A stretch of 64,000 bases of DNA, taken from NCBI GenBank assembly GCA_037305845.1, contig CP147778.1, positions 384,001 through 448,000 on the forward strand, in the 5' to 3' direction. A model generated the notes under the pieces. That model did not search any database, was not told the DNA's origin, and saw only the letters and a program-made list of their open reading frames with translations. A program made the translations under genes and the position numbers. Source of the DNA: Candidatus Freyarchaeum deiterrae (GTDB lineage: Archaea > Asgardarchaeota > Jordiarchaeia > Jordiarchaeales > Jordiarchaeaceae). This document shows, in pieces, positions 10,716 to 22,386 of the stretch (position 1 is its first letter; each line of letters begins with the position of its first letter).

Positions 10716-11549
10716 TTATTTCTCTCCAGTAATAATACCTATTGTTCCTAACATGAATGGTAACTTCAATGAACGTGGGATAAAGGTCGATCCCCGTGTC
10801 TCAACAAATTTTACTTTCGTTACTCCCCAGCTTCGGATAGTCTTGATCAAGTCTTTTGTATCGCCATAAATTCTTTTCATCAAAAACAAGTCTTGAAAAG
10901 CGAATTTTCCACCCTTTTTAACGACACGTAATGCTTCTCGGATGACTTCTCGCTTGTCTGCGGTATCCTTCACTTCATGGAATACAAGATTGCTCACTAC
11001 TGCATCAAAATACTCATCGTCAAATGGCAACGCTGAAGCGCTAGCTTTCTGGAAGGTTACGCGTTTACTGACTCCCTCAATCCGGGCATTCGCTTCGCAT
11101 ATATTTCTTGAGTATTCCCACTGGCCTCCCCAATAGTCAATCCCTACAATCCGAGCCTCCGCATACTTTTGAGCAAGTTTGATGGTGAGCGGGCCGTTTC
11201 CACAGCCTATATCCAATGCTCGTCCCTTTCCGTTCCAATCCAAATGCGCTAGCAATAACTCAAGGACTTTGTTCTGCACATTTCCTCCTCGTGGAGCAAA
11301 CTGATACCGAGCATACATAAAGTAGACAGAAAAGCAAAGTGACAAACCAGCGGGAATCAAAAATAAAAACCAATAAGAAGCTAGAAAGGACAAGAAGCCG
11401 GGAACTACTAAGACCCGTAACAAAATGGATAATCCCAAAAATATGAGCCCTATCGCAGCTGTTTCATAGATGAGTCTCTTCGAAACCCAGTTTCCGTATT
11501 CCGATTTTTCAACCATTCTTACACCCTCTCTTTTTTCTATCTCGGACAT
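10716..11549 (-). CDS. Class I SAM-dependent methyltransferase with N-terminal membrane segments
   Basis: LDIGCGNG, LPFDDEYFDAV, SNLVFHEV; two hydrophobic N-terminal helices. Confidence 0.88.
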   Translation of the reverse strand: MSEIEKREGVRMVEKSEYGNWVSKRLIYETAAIGLIFLGLSILLRVLVVPGFLSFLASYWFLFLIPAGLSLCFSVYFMYARYQFAPRGGNVQNKVLELLLAHLDWNGKGRALDIGCGNGPLTIKLAQKYAEARIVGIDYWGGQWEYSRNICEANARIEGVSKRVTFQKASASALPFDDEYFDAVVSNLVFHEVKDTADKREVIREALRVVKKGGKFAFQDLFLMKRIYGDTKDLIKTIRSWGVTKVKFVETRGSTFIPRSLKLPFMLGTIGIITGEK

Positions 11550-11736
11550 TCACTGTTCGACTGATTGTGCATATAAGCTAAACGTTCCAAATATTGACGA
11601 CCACACAAATTTAGAGACGCAGAGGGGGCGGCAAAGATAATCCACCCCTGAAGACCCGAGGCTGTTTTTATCAAGGATGTCTAAACTAATAACCTCCATC
11701 TTCTGCTACCAAGATACAGGATGCTGGCTTCCATCT

Positions 11737-13662
11737 TCAAGCCTTCCGTTTGAGGAAGATAACTCCCAGAGGTGGTAAAGAGAGGGAGAGGGAATAGTTC
11801 CTGTCGTTGAATTGGATTTGTTCAGCCTCAGCTTTTCTAACCGTGCTTTGGCCGCTCCCTCCATATTCTTTGTCATCGCTGTTTAAAACCACTTCCCAAG
11901 AACCATCTGAAGGAACACCTACCCTATAATCAGGCCTTGGGATGGGTGTAAAATTACCAATCACGAGTATAATGTCCTTAGTAGTTCTTCCTTTCCTTAT
12001 GAAGCTGATGACGCTTTGTTCCCAGTCGCCAATATTTATCCACTCGAACCCCTCTTTATCGAAATCGATTTCATTTAGGGCGGGTTCGCTTCTGTAAAAT
12101 TGGTTTAGATCCTTTACCCATCGCTGAACTTCTTGATGTGGGGGATACTGGAGGAGGTCCCATTCCAAGTTTGAGTCGTGGTTCCACTCCTGCCTTTGTC
12201 CAAATTCGTCTCCCATGAATAGGAGCTTCTTGCCTGGATGGGCGTACATGTAGCCGAGTATGAGACGGAGATTCGCAAATTTCTGCCAGTCGTCTCCGGG
12301 CATCTTGCCGATGAGGGAGCCTTTCCCATAGACAACTTCGTCGTGAGAAAGTGGAAGGATGTAGTTCTCGGAGAACGCGTACCAGAGGCTGAATGTCAGT
12401 GTGTTATGCTGATGCTTACGGTAGACGGGGTCCTTGGACATGTACTCCAGTGTATCGTGCATCCAACCCATGTTCCACTTCATACCAAAGCCTAAACCTC
12501 CCACGAAGGTGGGTCTTGAAACCATGGGCCAAGCTGTTGACTCTTCGGCTATGGTTTGAACGTCAGGAAAATTCCCGTAAACCACTTCATTCAGCCTGCG
12601 CAGGAAACTTATGGCCTCAAGGTTTTCTCTTCCACCAAACTGGTTGGGTATCCATTCTCCCTCCTTTCGGGAGTAATCGAGATAAAGCATGGAGGCTACG
12701 GCGTCCACTCTTATGCCGTCAGCATGGTATTTTCTTAGCCAGAAGAGTGCGCTACTGATGAGGAAGGCTGGCACTTCGTTTCGGCCGTAGTTGAAGATAT
12801 AGCTGCCCCAGTCGGGGTGGAAGCCTCTCCGAGGATCGGCGTATTCGTAGAGATGAGTACCGTCAAAAAAGCCCAACCCGTATTCATCTGTTGGAAAATG
12901 CGAAGGAACCCAGTCTAGGATAACTCCTATGTTATTCTGATGGAGACAGTCAACAAGGTACATAAAATCCTGAGGAGTGCCATACCGACTGGTGGGGGCG
13001 AAATATCCTATTATCTGATACCCCCAAGAACCGTAGAAAGGATGCTCCATAACAGGCAAGAATTCCACATGAGTGTAGCCCATATCTTTCACGTATTCTA
13101 CTAGGTGCTTGGCCAGTTCCCTGTAATTGAGAGATCTATTGTTCTCTTCAGGAACCCTTCGCCATGATCCAAGATGTACCTCATAAACGGTTATGTTAGT
13201 GTTAAGTGAATTGTTTTTGCTACGATTTCTCATCCACTCCGCATCATTCCACTCATAGTTCAAATCCCATACAATGGAAGCAGTTTTTGGGGGAACCTCC
13301 CAGTAAAAGGCAAAAGGATCTCCTTTATCCACTTTATATTTGTTGAACTTTGAAACAATGTGATACTTGTAAAGAGCACCGTTGCGAACACCGGGAATAA
13401 AGCCCTCAAAAATGCCTGAGCCGTCCCATCTTACTCCTAAAGGGTGTGTTTTGGGGTTCCATCCGTTGAATTCCCCGATGACGGAAACACTTTCTGCATT
13501 GGGAGCCCATACGGCAAAATCGGTGCCATCCAATTCTTTTGCAGTCATAGTATGGGAACCTAATTTATCATAAAGTTGAAAATGGCTCCCCTCTTTAAAG
13601 AAGTAGGTATCGTGGTCTGTTATGAGACCCACATCGTACCTTACACTTCCGTCCTTTTTCAT
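11737..13662 (-). CDS. glgB: 1,4-alpha-glucan branching enzyme (GH13, bacterial type)
   Basis: WAPNA, YEVHLGSW, DWVPSHFP, RVDAVASMLY, AEEST, KWNMGWM, LSHDEVV. Confidence 0.96.
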   Translation of the reverse strand: MKKDGSVRYDVGLITDHDTYFFKEGSHFQLYDKLGSHTMTAKELDGTDFAVWAPNAESVSVIGEFNGWNPKTHPLGVRWDGSGIFEGFIPGVRNGALYKYHIVSKFNKYKVDKGDPFAFYWEVPPKTASIVWDLNYEWNDAEWMRNRSKNNSLNTNITVYEVHLGSWRRVPEENNRSLNYRELAKHLVEYVKDMGYTHVEFLPVMEHPFYGSWGYQIIGYFAPTSRYGTPQDFMYLVDCLHQNNIGVILDWVPSHFPTDEYGLGFFDGTHLYEYADPRRGFHPDWGSYIFNYGRNEVPAFLISSALFWLRKYHADGIRVDAVASMLYLDYSRKEGEWIPNQFGGRENLEAISFLRRLNEVVYGNFPDVQTIAEESTAWPMVSRPTFVGGLGFGMKWNMGWMHDTLEYMSKDPVYRKHQHNTLTFSLWYAFSENYILPLSHDEVVYGKGSLIGKMPGDDWQKFANLRLILGYMYAHPGKKLLFMGDEFGQRQEWNHDSNLEWDLLQYPPHQEVQRWVKDLNQFYRSEPALNEIDFDKEGFEWINIGDWEQSVISFIRKGRTTKDIILVIGNFTPIPRPDYRVGVPSDGSWEVVLNSDDKEYGGSGQSTVRKAEAEQIQFNDRNYSLSLSLPPLGVIFLKRKA

Positions 13663-13975
13663 ACCACGTTTAAATTTTGAAATTTGAATACCTCCTTCCA
13701 GTCATCCATAATTGAACTGATTAAATTGCACTTTATGCTCTAACGAAAATAATAAACAAATCGGGGCGGCTTCCAGTTTATGTTCGAATTCGTAAACAGT
13801 TATTTACTGAAGCTCACTCTTTGGCTCCTCTCTTATATTTGGTTCCTTTATTCAATACAACTTCAGCATATAGAAGTATTCTATAAAAACATACATTATT
13901 AAATATTGTTTTTAGATTCGGGTAACAGAATCACTATTTGCGAAACATTTTTTTACATTCGAGTACCTTAATTGA

Positions 13976-15031
<1,056 letters not shown>

Positions 15032-15162
15032 TCATAAGAAAGTGGAAATTAAAAACTGAACCACTTCCTTTTTTATTAATTATCTCAACTTTCATCGAAT
15101 TGTATCGATTATAAAAAATGTTTTAAATAATTCAACATCTTTAAAAATATGTAAAAAGGAGG

Positions 15163-16851
15163 TTGCGAGAATTGAGTGACCTTTTGCGCCCAATTCTGGG
15201 TAAACAGTATATTGCCTATTTCTCGATGGAGATAGGATTAAATGATGATGTTCACACTTACAGCGGAGGTTTAGGCATTCTAGCCGGTGACATGGTAAAG
15301 TCATGCGCAGACCTAAAGGTTCCATTAGTTGCGGTTACATTGGTTAGTAGAAAGGGTTACTTTAGGCAAGAACTTACAGAGGACGGTTGGCAGACTGAGC
15401 ATCCTGACGACTGGGATCCTTCAAAATATATGACACTACTTCCAGAAGAGGTTCATGTGCAAATTCAAAACAGAGATGTTAAGGTTAAAGCTTGGCTCTA
15501 TGAAGTAAAGAGTCCTATAGGAGGTGTTGTCCCGGTTCTTTTTCTCGATACCGATGTGGATGGAAACACCCAAGAAGACCGAGAAATCACCTATTATCTT
15601 TATGGAGGAGATGAGAAATATAGATTGGAACAAGAGATTGTTCTAGGAATCGGGGGTTTGAGGATTCTTGATGCTTTGGGCTTCCAAATTCGGAGATATC
15701 ACATGAATGAGGGACACTCCAGCTTACTAGCACTGGAGCTTTTGAGAAAAAATGGAATGAATGTAGACAGAGTTAAAAATTTGTGCATATTTACCACCCA
15801 CACTCCTGTAGCGGCTGGGCATGACCAATTCGGCTATGACCTCGTTAGGGAAGTTATGGGAGACTTCATCTCTTTAGAAACCCTGAAAAAGTGGAGTGGA
15901 AACGAAGGGTTGAATATGACTCTTCTGGCATTGAATCTTAGCGAGTACGTTAACGGTGTATCCAAAAAGGATCAAGTTACATCAAGTCAAATGTATCCAG
16001 GCTATGTGATTAACGAAATAACTAATGGGATACATTCCCCCACCTGGACCTGTGAGAGTTTTAGGAAGCTGTACGACAAGTATATAATCGGTTGGGCTAA
16101 GGAGCCGGAGTTGCTGGTAAGAGTTGACATCATCCCAAATGAAGAAATATGGGAGGCTCACGCAGCACAGAAAAAAAAACTGATTGATAGCATTAACGAA
16201 ACCACAAAAGTCGGCATGGATTACAACACATTAACCATAGGGTTTGGGCGGAGAGCTACGGCGTATAAAAGAGCAACTCTAATATTCTCGGATGAAAATA
16301 AATTGAGACATATAGATCAACAGACGAAGATGCAAATCATCTTTGGTGGAAAAGCTCACCCTAAGGACGAATCCGGCAAGGAAATTATTCACGGGATATT
16401 TAACCACATTGAGGATTTAAAGGACAGAATCAAGATGGTTTATTTACCTAATTATGACTTTAGCGTTGCCTACGATATGGTTTCGGGTGTTGATGTCTGG
16501 TTGAATACTCCTTTACCGCCGTCCGAAGCCTCAGGCACCAGCGGGATGAAAGCAGCTCTCAATGGTGTCATAAACTTCAGCGTTTTGGACGGCTGGTGGG
16601 GCGAAGGCTGGATTGAGGGAGTTACCGGATGGGCAATAGGACCACACCCGGATGAACAAGTATCAGATGAGGAAAGTCGTAGCAGGGAACTGGAAGACTT
16701 GTACAACAAGCTGGAATACGTGATTGGTCCCATGTTTTATGATAGAAGAGATGAATGGATAACCATGATGAAGAACTCCATAGGGAAGATAGCCTACTAC
16801 TTCAACAGCCACATAATGATGCACAGATACATCACCGAAGCATACTTCTAA
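15163..16851 (+). CDS. glgP: Alpha-glucan (glycogen/starch) phosphorylase, copy 1
   Basis: YSGGLG, HMNEGH, HTP, RRATAYKR, GKAHP, PLP-site EASGTSGMKA; TTG start (15163 or 15172). Confidence 0.94.
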   Translation: MRELSDLLRPILGKQYIAYFSMEIGLNDDVHTYSGGLGILAGDMVKSCADLKVPLVAVTLVSRKGYFRQELTEDGWQTEHPDDWDPSKYMTLLPEEVHVQIQNRDVKVKAWLYEVKSPIGGVVPVLFLDTDVDGNTQEDREITYYLYGGDEKYRLEQEIVLGIGGLRILDALGFQIRRYHMNEGHSSLLALELLRKNGMNVDRVKNLCIFTTHTPVAAGHDQFGYDLVREVMGDFISLETLKKWSGNEGLNMTLLALNLSEYVNGVSKKDQVTSSQMYPGYVINEITNGIHSPTWTCESFRKLYDKYIIGWAKEPELLVRVDIIPNEEIWEAHAAQKKKLIDSINETTKVGMDYNTLTIGFGRRATAYKRATLIFSDENKLRHIDQQTKMQIIFGGKAHPKDESGKEIIHGIFNHIEDLKDRIKMVYLPNYDFSVAYDMVSGVDVWLNTPLPPSEASGTSGMKAALNGVINFSVLDGWWGEGWIEGVTGWAIGPHPDEQVSDEESRSRELEDLYNKLEYVIGPMFYDRRDEWITMMKNSIGKIAYYFNSHIMMHRYITEAYF

Positions 16852-17240
16852 TTCGACAGACATTTCAAGCCGGAATATGCTCACAAATTTTTATATTATA
16901 GTTATTAAAGACATTTAGGTTATACTCCCCACTTACATTTTTACTCCCGTTTATCCTTTTTGAAATTTAAAAAACTTTTTTAGTCATTTGCTTTGGAATA
17001 TTTGTTTTAGGGATAAACTTAATAGGAGAAACTTAATTCTATGTTTCTAATATTTATACAATTTAATCAATACACCGAGAAATCTTTAATTTCTAATAAG
17101 CGGCTTATATGCTAAGACAGTGACGGGGTTTCTAGCGCAAACAGAACAGTTGAGATTCATTTAATTGCTTAAATTGAAGTTTGAGTATAGCTAATGATTT
17201 AGCTACTTCAAGATGGATAAACAATAACATTCAAAAAGGA

Positions 17241-18932
17241 ATGACCGCAGAATTGGAAGCATGTTTACCATACACTCTAGGAAAACAAAACATTGCCTTC
17301 TTCACGATGGAGATAGGATTGGACAGTGGGATTCCAACCTACAGTGGAGGTTTAGGCATCCTAGCTGGCGATATTGCACGGACTAGTGCAGATTTAAACA
17401 TTCCATTAGTCGCGGTTACATTAATTAGTAAAAAGGGTTACTTTAAGCAGGAGTTAACCAGTGATGGACGCCAGATAGAGCATCCCGACGATTGGGATCC
17501 ACTCAAATTTATGGCACCACTACCGGCAGAGGTTCATGTGCAAATCCAAAACAGGGACGTTAGGGTTAAAGTTTGGCTCTATGAGGTAAGGAGCATAATA
17601 GGGGGTTCTGTACCAGTTCTCTTTTTAGACACCGACATCGAAGGGAATGCACCAGAAGACAGAGAGATTACGCACTTCTTGTATGGAGGAGATGAGAGAT
17701 ACAGATTAAAACAGGAGATTATCTTAGGAGTCGGAGGGGTGAGAATTCTTGACGCTTTGGGCTTCCAAATTCGGAGATACCACATGAATGAGGGACACTC
17801 CAGCCTCCTATCATTGGAGTTGCTACGGAAATACGGAATGGATTTAAATAGAGTTAAAAATTTGTGTATATTTACATCGCATACTCCTGTCGAAGCTGGA
17901 CATGACAAATTTTCCTATGACCTAGTTAGGGAAGTAATGGGTGAGTTCGTTCCCCTAGAAACCCTGAAGAAGCTAGGCGGCCAAGACTGTTTAAATATGA
18001 CTAGCTTAGCCTTGAACTTGAGCGAATACGTTAATGGAGTCTCCAAAAAGAATCAGGATACATCAAGTCACCTGTTTCCTGGTTACCGGATTAACGCAAT
18101 AACTAACGGCGTCCATTCTCACACATGGTCCTGCGAATGTTTTAGCAGACTATACGATAAGTACCTGCCCGGATGGGCTAATGAGCCGGAGCTGCTGGTA
18201 AGGGTTGACACCATCCCCAATGAAGAAGTATGGAATGCTCACACAGAATCTAAAAAGAAGCTGATTGATTACGTTAACGAAACCACAAAAGTCGGCATGG
18301 ATTACAACACACTAACCATAGGATGCGCACGAAGAGCCACCGCATATAAAAGAATGACTCTAATATTCTCCGATCTGGATAAGCTGAAAAAAATAAGTAA
18401 AAAGGGCAAGATACAAATCGTTTTTGCAGGGAAAGCTCATCCCAGGGATGAGTCAGGCAAGAGGATGATCCAAGATATTTTTAGCTACATTGAGAAACTA
18501 AAAGACTGTATTAAAATTGTTTATTTACCCAACTACGACTTGGGTCTTTCATGCAGGGTAATTTCGGGGTGTGATGTCTGGCTGAACACTCCATTACCTC
18601 CATTAGAAGCCTCAGGCACCAGCGGTATGAAGGCTGCGCATAATGGGGTGATAAACTTCAGTGTTCTGGACGGCTGGTGGCTTGAAGGCTGGATTGAAGA
18701 AGTTACCGGATGGGCGATAGGGCCACAACCAAATGAACCACTCTCAGAAGAGGAACGCAGAACCCGGGAACTGGAGGACTTGTACAACAAGCTGGAATAC
18801 GTGATCGTTCCCATGTTCTACCAGAGAAGAGACGAATGGATAACTATGATGAAGAACTCAATAGGTAAAATAGCCTACTACTTCAACAGCCACAGGATGA
18901 TGCGCAGATACATCACCGAGGCATACTTCTAA
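17241..18932 (+). CDS. glgP: Alpha-glucan phosphorylase, copy 2
   Basis: Same motifs as copy 1; start ATG 17241. Confidence 0.94.
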   Translation: MTAELEACLPYTLGKQNIAFFTMEIGLDSGIPTYSGGLGILAGDIARTSADLNIPLVAVTLISKKGYFKQELTSDGRQIEHPDDWDPLKFMAPLPAEVHVQIQNRDVRVKVWLYEVRSIIGGSVPVLFLDTDIEGNAPEDREITHFLYGGDERYRLKQEIILGVGGVRILDALGFQIRRYHMNEGHSSLLSLELLRKYGMDLNRVKNLCIFTSHTPVEAGHDKFSYDLVREVMGEFVPLETLKKLGGQDCLNMTSLALNLSEYVNGVSKKNQDTSSHLFPGYRINAITNGVHSHTWSCECFSRLYDKYLPGWANEPELLVRVDTIPNEEVWNAHTESKKKLIDYVNETTKVGMDYNTLTIGCARRATAYKRMTLIFSDLDKLKKISKKGKIQIVFAGKAHPRDESGKRMIQDIFSYIEKLKDCIKIVYLPNYDLGLSCRVISGCDVWLNTPLPPLEASGTSGMKAAHNGVINFSVLDGWWLEGWIEEVTGWAIGPQPNEPLSEEERRTRELEDLYNKLEYVIVPMFYQRRDEWITMMKNSIGKIAYYFNSHRMMRRYITEAYF

Positions 18933-19000
18933 TTTAGATAAATAGTTTAGGTACATTAGCGTGCCTAAAGAAAAACATTGAAAGAGGAATGACATAAAAA

Positions 19001-20680
19001 TTGGAAGCGTGTTTACCGTACACTCTCGGAAAACAAAACATTGCCTTTTTCACCATGGAGATAGGAGTAGATTGGGGGGTACCTACCTACAGTGGAGGTT
19101 TGGGCGTCCTAGCCGGTGACATTGCACGGACTAGTGCAGATTTAAACATTCCATTAGTCGCAGTTACATTAATTAGTAAAAAGGGTTACTTTAGACAGGA
19201 ATTAACCAGTGACGGCCGCCAGATAGAGCATCCCGAAGATTGGGATCCACTCAAATTAATGTCACCACTACCGGCAGAGGTTCATGTGCAGATCCAAAAC
19301 AGGGACGTTAGGGTTAGACCATGGCTTTATGAAGTAAAGAGTCTAATAGGGGGGGCCGTACCAGTCCTCTTTTTAGACACCGACATCGAAGGGAACGCGC
19401 CAGAGGACAGAGAGATTACGCACTTCTTGTATGGAGGAGATGAGAGATACAGATTAAAACAAGAGGTTGTTCTAGGAGTCGGAGGGGTGAGGATGCTTGA
19501 CGCTTTGGGCTTCCAAATTCGGAGATACCACATGAATGAGGGACACTCCAGCCTCCTATCATTGGAGTTATTACGGAAATATGGAATGGATTTAAATAGA
19601 GTTAAGAACTTGTGTATATTTACATCGCATACTCCTGTCGAAGCTGGGCAGGACAAATTTTCCTATGACCTAGTTAGGGAAGTAATGGGTGAGTTCGTTC
19701 CCCTAGAAACCCTGAAGAAGCTAGGCGGTCAAGACTATTTGAATATGGCTCTCCTAGCCTTGAACTTGAGCGAATACGTTAATGGAGTCTCCAAAAAGAA
19801 TCAGGACATATCAAGTCACCTGTTTCCTGGTTACCGGATTAACGCAATAACTAACGGCGTCCATTCTCACACATGGTCCTGTGAAAGTTTTAGCAGACTA
19901 TACGATAAGTACCTGCCCGGATGGGCTAATGAGCCGGAGCTGCTGGTAAGGGTTGACACCATCCCCAATGATGAAATATGGGATGCTCACGCAGAATCTA
20001 AAAAGAAGCTGATTGATTACGTTAACGAAACCACAAAAGTCGGCATGGATTACAACACACTAACCATAGGATGTGCACGAAGGATCACCGCATACAAAAG
20101 AACAACTCTAATATGCTCAGACATAGATAAATTGAAAAAAATAAATAAAAAGGGTAGGATACAACTTATCTTTGCGGGGAAAGCCCATCCCAGGGATGAG
20201 CCAAGCAAGAGGATAATTCAAGATATTTTTAGCCACATTGAGAAACTAAAAGGCACCATCAAGATAGTTTATTTACCCAATTACGACATAAGCCTTTCAT
20301 ACAGGTTGGTTTCGGGGTGTGATGTCTGGCTGAACACTCCATTACCTCCATTAGAAGCCTCAGGCACCAGCGGTATGAAGGCTGCGCATAATGGGGTGAT
20401 AAACTTCAGTGTTCTGGACGGCTGGTGGCTTGAAGGCTGGATTGAAGAAGTTACCGGATGGGCGATAGGACCACACCCAAATGAGCAAGTCTCAGAAGAG
20501 GAGCGTAGAACCCGGGAACTGGAGGACTTGTACAACAAGTTGGAATACGTGATCGTTCCGATGTTCTACCAGAGGAGAGATGAGTGGATAACTATGATGA
20601 AGAACGCGATAGCTAAGATAGCCTACTACTTCAACAGCCACAGGATGATGCGCAGATACATCACAGACGCATACTTCTAA
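19001..20680 (+). CDS. glgP: Alpha-glucan phosphorylase, copy 3 (ancestral ATG separated by an in-frame TAA; possible TTG start)
   Basis: Same motifs; very similar to copy 2; upstream reads ATG ACA TAA AAA TTG. Confidence 0.88.
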   Translation: MEACLPYTLGKQNIAFFTMEIGVDWGVPTYSGGLGVLAGDIARTSADLNIPLVAVTLISKKGYFRQELTSDGRQIEHPEDWDPLKLMSPLPAEVHVQIQNRDVRVRPWLYEVKSLIGGAVPVLFLDTDIEGNAPEDREITHFLYGGDERYRLKQEVVLGVGGVRMLDALGFQIRRYHMNEGHSSLLSLELLRKYGMDLNRVKNLCIFTSHTPVEAGQDKFSYDLVREVMGEFVPLETLKKLGGQDYLNMALLALNLSEYVNGVSKKNQDISSHLFPGYRINAITNGVHSHTWSCESFSRLYDKYLPGWANEPELLVRVDTIPNDEIWDAHAESKKKLIDYVNETTKVGMDYNTLTIGCARRITAYKRTTLICSDIDKLKKINKKGRIQLIFAGKAHPRDEPSKRIIQDIFSHIEKLKGTIKIVYLPNYDISLSYRLVSGCDVWLNTPLPPLEASGTSGMKAAHNGVINFSVLDGWWLEGWIEEVTGWAIGPHPNEQVSEEERRTRELEDLYNKLEYVIVPMFYQRRDEWITMMKNAIAKIAYYFNSHRMMRRYITDAYF

Positions 20681-20754
20681 TTTAGATATCAAAAATACGC
20701 ACAATTGTTTATTTTAATGGTTTATTTTGTTGTGTTAAATTTTATTTTCTCTAC

Positions 20755-21309
20755 TTAGGGATAAACGCGTTTAATGTATCTGGGTGCCACATCGCCGCTT
20801 AAGTAAACCATGTTGGTTGCCTTGTAAAATTTTACACCGTTCTTTCTGGCTTCTTCCGCATTTATTTCCAAAATAACTGGGTTCGGATCTCTTCTTAATC
20901 CTACTTCTCTTGCTATCTCAATGGTTGGTGAGAAATGCACCCATCTTCTCTCCATCGGTTTGAGACCAAATTTTAGAATCCTAGAAGCAGCCTCCGGTGT
21001 CGTACCATGATAAAACATCTTAGTTTCCTTGTCTTCATCCAATTCAAGCTTTACGGGTATACTGTGGCCGTATAAGGCTCTGATTTTGTTTCCAATAATT
21101 TCGAATCTTTTTCTCTCGCTGTTCTCAACTATTTCAAGAATTGATTCGTTGTCGATTTGAAAGTGGCCTTTGAGTTTCTCTAAAAACATGTCCAGATCCA
21201 CAAACCCGTATTCATCCATTTTTAAATTCTCAGGATTGTGCCTGAGAAGGTAACTCATGTATCTACTGATTTTAATCTTTAAATCCTGTTCCACTTTGAG
21301 TCTCACCAT
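20755..21309 (-). CDS. kptA: RNA 2'-phosphotransferase (Tpt1/KptA)
   Basis: SYLLRH, KRFE, IRALYGHS, YHGT, RRWVHFS. Confidence 0.93.
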   Translation of the reverse strand: MVRLKVEQDLKIKISRYMSYLLRHNPENLKMDEYGFVDLDMFLEKLKGHFQIDNESILEIVENSERKRFEIIGNKIRALYGHSIPVKLELDEDKETKMFYHGTTPEAASRILKFGLKPMERRWVHFSPTIEIAREVGLRRDPNPVILEINAEEARKNGVKFYKATNMVYLSGDVAPRYIKRVYP

Positions 21310-21423
21310 ACACAAATTATTGAGTGCCTACATTTTAGACAGAATTACATTATGAATCCTACCTAAAAACTTATTTTCTGGAAAGCTAGTATTCACTTTT
21401 AATAAGTTCAAGAAGTGACGAGA

Positions 21424-22260
21424 ATGGTTGCGTTTTTAGAGATGGAAGACGAAGTACAGATAAAATACGAAATTAGTGGGATGGGCAAGCCCGTAATTCT
21501 GATACACGGATGGACTGGCGGGATAGGAAATTGGATGCGGCAGGTACCCGAACTTTCCAAAAATTTTAAGGTGATAACCTATGATCACCGGGGACATGGA
21601 GAATCGGGCAAGCCGGAGAAAAACCTAAACCTGAACTGGCTGGCAAGGGATCTAAAAACAATTATTCAGAAATTAGACCTTAAAAAGCCAGTTGTAGTGG
21701 GGCACTCCATGGGGGCATCAGTAATTTTAGAATACATAAAAATTTACGGAGACCAGGATTTTAGCGGCGTTAGTCTAATTGATATGACCCCGAAGTTCTT
21801 GTGCAGTGACGATTGGAAAATGGGGCTAGGTGGTGCTTTAACTTGCGAAGTGTGCTTGTTTGTACTCTCCCAGCTTTTCACCAATGCTCAGGAAAACGCG
21901 GAAGCCAACGTTGTTATGGGATATCATCAAGACAAAAAACTGGAGGATCTGAATAAGAAGGAGGTTGAAACACTTAGGTTAATGTCCCTCAATACTTCCC
22001 TTTCTGCTGCTGCAGGCTTTTTTGTCAGTATGTGTATAAACGATTATAGAGATGTGCTGTCCAAAATACAGGTACCAGTACTCTTAGCCTACGCAGGCGG
22101 AAGCCGAGCAGACTCTAGGGAAGTTGGAAAATACATGAATGCAAATATTAAAAACTCGAAGCTAGTGATTTTTGAGAAGAGCGGGCACCTGATACTCTAT
22201 GAAGAGCCGGAAAAGCTAAACAACGAGTTGAAGAAATTCATTCAATCAGTTCAAAAATAG
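21424..22260 (+). CDS. Alpha/beta hydrolase (non-heme haloperoxidase-like)
   Basis: IHGW, DHRGHGES, GHSMG, SGH..YEEPEK. Confidence 0.88.
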   Translation: MVAFLEMEDEVQIKYEISGMGKPVILIHGWTGGIGNWMRQVPELSKNFKVITYDHRGHGESGKPEKNLNLNWLARDLKTIIQKLDLKKPVVVGHSMGASVILEYIKIYGDQDFSGVSLIDMTPKFLCSDDWKMGLGGALTCEVCLFVLSQLFTNAQENAEANVVMGYHQDKKLEDLNKKEVETLRLMSLNTSLSAAAGFFVSMCINDYRDVLSKIQVPVLLAYAGGSRADSREVGKYMNANIKNSKLVIFEKSGHLILYEEPEKLNNELKKFIQSVQK

Positions 22261-22386
22261 TTATTTTTAATTCCGATATGGTCATTCTTTTTCCAAAAAT
22301 TTCGCATATGTGGAAAATTTGGGTATAGTTAAAAATTTTAGAAAAATAAAAGTGTTTGAGGGCGGGAGTGATGGCTTATCTTTTGC

